Below are positions 60,333 through 64,000 of a stretch of 64,000 nucleotides of DNA, in pieces. The stretch's first letter is position 1. Every line of letters begins with the position of its first letter. Made by a program: the position numbers and the translations under genes. This stretch comes from an uncultured Ruficoccus sp. GTDB lineage: Bacteria; Verrucomicrobiota; Verrucomicrobiia; Opitutales; Cerasicoccaceae. The DNA is taken from NCBI GenBank assembly GCA_965140785.1, contig OZ223484.1, forward strand, positions 32,001 to 96,000, in the 5' to 3' direction. The notes under the pieces were generated by a model. The model saw only the letters and a list, made by a program, of their open reading frames with translations, was not told the origin of the DNA and made no database searches.

Positions 60333-61861
60333 TTTTCGGATACAACTTCTACGGTTATCTGGCCGATCAGATCGAGCAATTCCAGCCCCAGTTCGGCCAT
60401 GGAAGTTTCCTGGAGGGAGGAAGCCATCAGCGCCAGGCGCGTGGGGGCGCACTCAGACTCGCCCATGGCGGCGTCGAAGTCCACCCACTGCCCGCCGAGG
60501 AAAAACTGCGTCCACATGTGGTAGCCCATCACGTTCTCGAGGACTTCGCCCGAGGCGTCCTTCATCTGCGGCAGGTAAACCAGCCCGGCCACGCAGCGGG
60601 AGGGGATGCCCCAGGTCCGCCCGAGAGCGGCCAGTAGGACGGCGTGCTCACTGCAGTCGCCCTGCGGGTCGCGAGCAACCTCGCTGGCAGTGGCGAAGCC
60701 CACGCTGAGGTTTTTGTCCTCGATGTAACGGGAAACGAATACACGCAGTTGGTCGGCCTGGGCGACCTTGTCATTGGGCGCGGGCTGGGCAACGGCCTGT
60801 TGGCCCAGTTTCTGGATTTCCTCGTCGTGGGTGTCGAGGATGAGGTTCGGCTCCAGGTACTCGCCCCAGACAGTCATATCCAGCTTGGGCAACATACGCG
60901 GGATCTCCGCGTGGTCGGCCCGCGTGACCGTGACCAGAAACTGCCCCACCCCGGTCTTTTCAACTTTCTGGTAATCGCTCTCGGGCAGGGTCAGGTCCGG
61001 ATGGGCTCCGTCCACCGTCACCCGGTAAACCACCTCCTGCGCGTCGGCGGAGATGGCCTTGTTAAGGGTCAGCAGGTTGGTCTCAAAAATCTCCGCCGGG
61101 GTAAAGCCCTCCAGCGCTTCCTCCTGCTCGCAGGCGATCATTTCCATCGGCATGCCCATGACGTTGACCGTGGTCTTGAGCACGCGGTGATCCTCGTCCG
61201 TCCAGATAGCGGTCGGGAGGGTGGTCGCGCCGATCTGCATGTTCATTTCCGCCCGCCAGGCCGGGACCCGCTCCTTGCCGATAAGGGCCTCCTCCGGGCC
61301 GATGACGGTGTAGGTGACATCGACCGGAAAATCCGTCGTAATCGAGGGCATGTAGAGCGTCGCGGAAAAGGTCTGTCCCGCCTCCAGGGGCAGCGCCATG
61401 GTCTTGCGGGCGAGTCCCCAGCTCATGAGCGCGCCCTCGGGGTAAGGCAGCTCGCGCTGCTGGACACGCCCCTGCTGTTCCTGGAAAACCGTGATCTGAT
61501 CCCCGTCGATCTGGCCGCGCTGGATAATCGGCTGCCCCGTCATATTCATCTCCACAGTGAAGTTCAGCGGCTGGCCGTCCACCGTCTCAACGGTCTTCTC
61601 CAGGGTCTCGAAGGCCATGGCCACCGCCCCGCGGCGCACCTGCATGTAGGTCTTGGTCTCGGTGCGGATGGTGTCGCCGGCGCGGGTCAGGGTCAGGTGG
61701 GAGTAGCCGACCTTTTGCCCGAGCAGGTAAACCTCCATCCACTCCTCATCGAAAAGGCCCTGCGGCGGATCCTGGGGGTCGAAAGCCATCTCCGCGGAAA
61801 CGGCGGCGGGCATTAAGGTGAGCAGACAGAGGACAAAAAGGGCTTTCATAAACTCGGGCAT
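60329..61861 (-). CDS. Secreted transglutaminase-like domain protein
   Basis: GDCSEHA, HMWTQ, WVDFD (Cys-His-Asp triad); signal peptide. Confidence 0.9.
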   Translation of the reverse strand: MPEFMKALFVLCLLTLMPAAVSAEMAFDPQDPPQGLFDEEWMEVYLLGQKVGYSHLTLTRAGDTIRTETKTYMQVRRGAVAMAFETLEKTVETVDGQPLNFTVEMNMTGQPIIQRGQIDGDQITVFQEQQGRVQQRELPYPEGALMSWGLARKTMALPLEAGQTFSATLYMPSITTDFPVDVTYTVIGPEEALIGKERVPAWRAEMNMQIGATTLPTAIWTDEDHRVLKTTVNVMGMPMEMIACEQEEALEGFTPAEIFETNLLTLNKAISADAQEVVYRVTVDGAHPDLTLPESDYQKVEKTGVGQFLVTVTRADHAEIPRMLPKLDMTVWGEYLEPNLILDTHDEEIQKLGQQAVAQPAPNDKVAQADQLRVFVSRYIEDKNLSVGFATASEVARDPQGDCSEHAVLLAALGRTWGIPSRCVAGLVYLPQMKDASGEVLENVMGYHMWTQFFLGGQWVDFDAAMGESECAPTRLALMASSLQETSMAELGLELLDLIGQITVEVVSEK

Positions 61862-62002
61862 TGTAAGGGCAGGCTTGCTGGATAGACTCAAAGGCAGTGT
61901 CTTCAGATTATCTCCGTAATCAGAAGGCACAGCCTAAGTGATCCCGCCTTCACTCCGCAATATTTTATCCCTCTGTCCACCGCTCAAACCAAGAAAGCTT
62001 CC

Positions 62003-63395
62003 ATGGCCGACCATTTTGACTTCATTGTAATCGGGGGCGGCAGCGCCGGTTATGCCGCCGCACGTACCGCCCGGGAGACCCGCGAACGCGTTGCCATCGT
62101 TGACGGTGGCGAAACGCTGGGCGGGCTCTGCATCCTGCGCGGGTGCATGCCCTCGAAAACCCTCATCTACTCCGCCGAGGTCCTGCACCTGGCCCGGCTG
62201 GCCGACCGCTTCGGCCTAAACATCCCCGTGGCCAAGGCCGACATGGGCCGCCTGCACGCGCGTAAACTGCGCACGATCGAGGAGTTCGCCGAGTACCGGC
62301 AGGAGCAGCTCGAGTCGGACCGCTTCAGCCTCTTCCGCAGCCGGGCGCGCTTCACCGGGGAGCGCGAGCTCACCCTGGACGACGGCACGGTGTTGAGCGC
62401 GGACCGCTTCCTCATCGCCACCGGCTCGGCCGTCTCCTGGCCGTCCATCCCCGGCCTGAAGGAGTCCGCCCCCTGGACCAGCGACGACGTACTCGAACTC
62501 GACCGGCTGCCGGAGTCGGTCATCGTGCTCGGCGGCGGAGTGGTCGCCTGCGAGCTGGCGCAGTTCCTCCACCGCATCGGCAGCCGCGTCACCCAGATTC
62601 AGCGCAGCCCGCATATTTTAAAAGAACAGTCCCCCGAGGCTGCCACCGTGATCGAGGAGGTCTTCCGGGGCGAGGGCATCGAGTTGCTCACCGACACGCA
62701 GCTCAAGCAGGTCGAGCGCACGGCCAAGGGCTTCCGCGTGACCTTCGAGCACGACGGCAAGGAAAAGGTCCGCGAGGCCGCCCACCTACTCAACGCCCTG
62801 GGCCGCCAGCCCGCCACGCAGGGGCTCGACCTGGAGAAGGCCGGGATCGACGTGCGCGACTCCGGCCACATCCGCACCAATGAATTTCAGCAGACCAGCA
62901 ACCCCGCCGTTTACGCCGCCGGGGATGTGGCCGGGCCGCATGAAATTGTCCACGTGGCCATCCTCCAAGGTGAGCTCGCCGCCCGCCACGCCACGGCCCG
63001 CCCGGCGCAGCCGGTGGATTACGACGCGCTCGTCTCCATTGTTTTCACCGACCCGCAGGTCAACCTACGCGGGCATCCCTGAAAAGGACCTGCAACAGCG
63101 CGGCATCGACTATGTGAGCGCGGACTATCCCTTCGACGACCACGGCAAGTCCATCCTCATGGAGGCCAAGCACGGCTATGTCAAAATCCACGCCGAGAAG
63201 GGCACCGGACGCGTGCTCGGGGCCGAGTGCGTGGGCAAGGACGGCTCCGAACTGATCCACAGCCTGGGCGTGGGCATCGCCCTGCGGGCCACCGCCGCCG
63301 ATTTGCTCAAAACTCACTGGTACCACCCCACCCTGTCCGAAATCTGGACTTACCCGCTGGAGGACGTGTTGGAGGCGTGTGAGAAAAGCGACTGA
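62003..63395 (+). CDS. Pyridine nucleotide-disulfide oxidoreductase (lipoamide dehydrogenase/MerA family), +1 frameshift near 63062
   Basis: VIGGGSAG, GGLCILRGCMPSK, YAAGD, FTDP; HPTLSE in the shifted frame. Confidence 0.9.
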
Positions 63396-63426
63396 CACCG
63401 CTCCCCCTCAAAAGGATACGTTAAAT

Positions 63427-63499
63427 CCACAGACGGCACAGATTTCCGCAGATGGGTTTTTATTCAGAAAGCTATCCCAGCTATCCGTGTCATCTGTGG
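63427..63499. repeat. Second palindromic 9-bp-unit REP-like element
   Basis: CCACAGACGGCACAGAT ... ATCCGTGTCATCTGTGG. Confidence 0.6.
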
Positions 63500-63594
63500 C
63501 GAAAAAGTGGTGACCGGTGAGAAGGAGACAACAAATCGCGCCCGCGCCCGGGATGTGGGTTGATTTTTCCATCCGCACCCGGTGAGATTACGCC

Positions 63595-64000
63595 GTGGTT
63601 CTGACGCTACGAAAGATCTGCCTCGCCTACGGCGGGGCTCCCCTGCTCGATGAGGCCGCGCTCGTCCTCGACGCCGGCGAACGCGCCTGCATCGTCGGGC
63701 GCAACGGCACCGGCAAGTCCACCCTGATGGGCATTGTCGCCGGGCGCGTGCAGCCCGACAGCGGCGAGGTCCTCCTGTCCACCGGGACGCGGGTCGCCTT
63801 CCTGCCGCAGGAGATTCCGGACGGGCTCCACGGCACGATCCGCGAGATCGTAGCCGGGCCCCTCCACGACCGCCACCTGCCCGAGTGGGAAATCGCCCAT
63901 CAGGTCGAGCGCACGCTGGAGCGCATGGAGCTGCCCGCCGACCCGGCCTTTGAGAGCCTCTCGGCCGGGATGCGCCGCCGCGTCCTGCTCGCCCGCGAGC
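63595..64000 (+). CDS. uup: ABC-F family ATPase (Uup-like), partial at window end
   Basis: Own translation from GTG 63595: LAYGGAPLLD...IVGRNGTGKSTLM...LSAGMRRRVLLAR. Confidence 0.82.
   Translation, partial: MVLTLRKICLAYGGAPLLDEAALVLDAGERACIVGRNGTGKSTLMGIVAGRVQPDSGEVLLSTGTRVAFLPQEIPDGLHGTIREIVAGPLHDRHLPEWEIAHQVERTLERMELPADPAFESLSAGMRRRVLLARE

Noticed and set aside
62003..63395. Mercuric reductase MerA
   Set aside because: No C-terminal Cys-Cys pair, no N-terminal metal-binding domain and no mer operon; it has the HPTLSE motif instead.

Overview
A GC-rich bacterial window, most likely Verrucomicrobiota (Opitutia-like); this is inferred from the PEP-CTERM proteins, H-X9-DG pseudopilins and LacI style. 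Layout, left to right: (1) 226-7694, a heme-uptake locus (hemS, hmuTUV) next to a pseudopilin, a secreted protein and a PEP-CTERM protein. The last two share a domain, and Fur-like boxes lie in both divergent promoters. (2) tRNA-Ser(GCT), followed by a patchy islet with a redoxin, a histidine kinase remnant, a head-to-head fabA-like/KAS pair, an RRM protein and a fatty acid desaturase. (3) About 28 kb of carbohydrate genes (13752-41440) with no recognisable transporter. It holds two parallel LacI / PEP-CTERM / pseudopilin / large clan GH-A cassettes, plus GH10, GH113, GH36, an O-acetylesterase and oxidoreductases. (4) An 11.1-kb integrative island (41863-52977) bounded by a 47-bp duplication of the tRNA-fMet 3' end. 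It carries an integrase, an excisionase, arm-type repeats, an IS3 that truncates a helicase, a Phd plus P-loop toxin-antitoxin pair and an XRE-ImmA module. (5) Core genes: rpsB, tsf, an aminotransferase, a hydrolase, DJ-1, an O-antigen ligase-like protein, a transglutaminase-like protein, a flavoprotein disulfide reductase and a partial uup. Several +1 frameshifts are probably assembly errors. The best candidate for an undescribed system is the PEP-CTERM plus pseudopilin module that recurs three times, including a possible new hemophore family. All calls come from reading motifs by eye; no searches were run.
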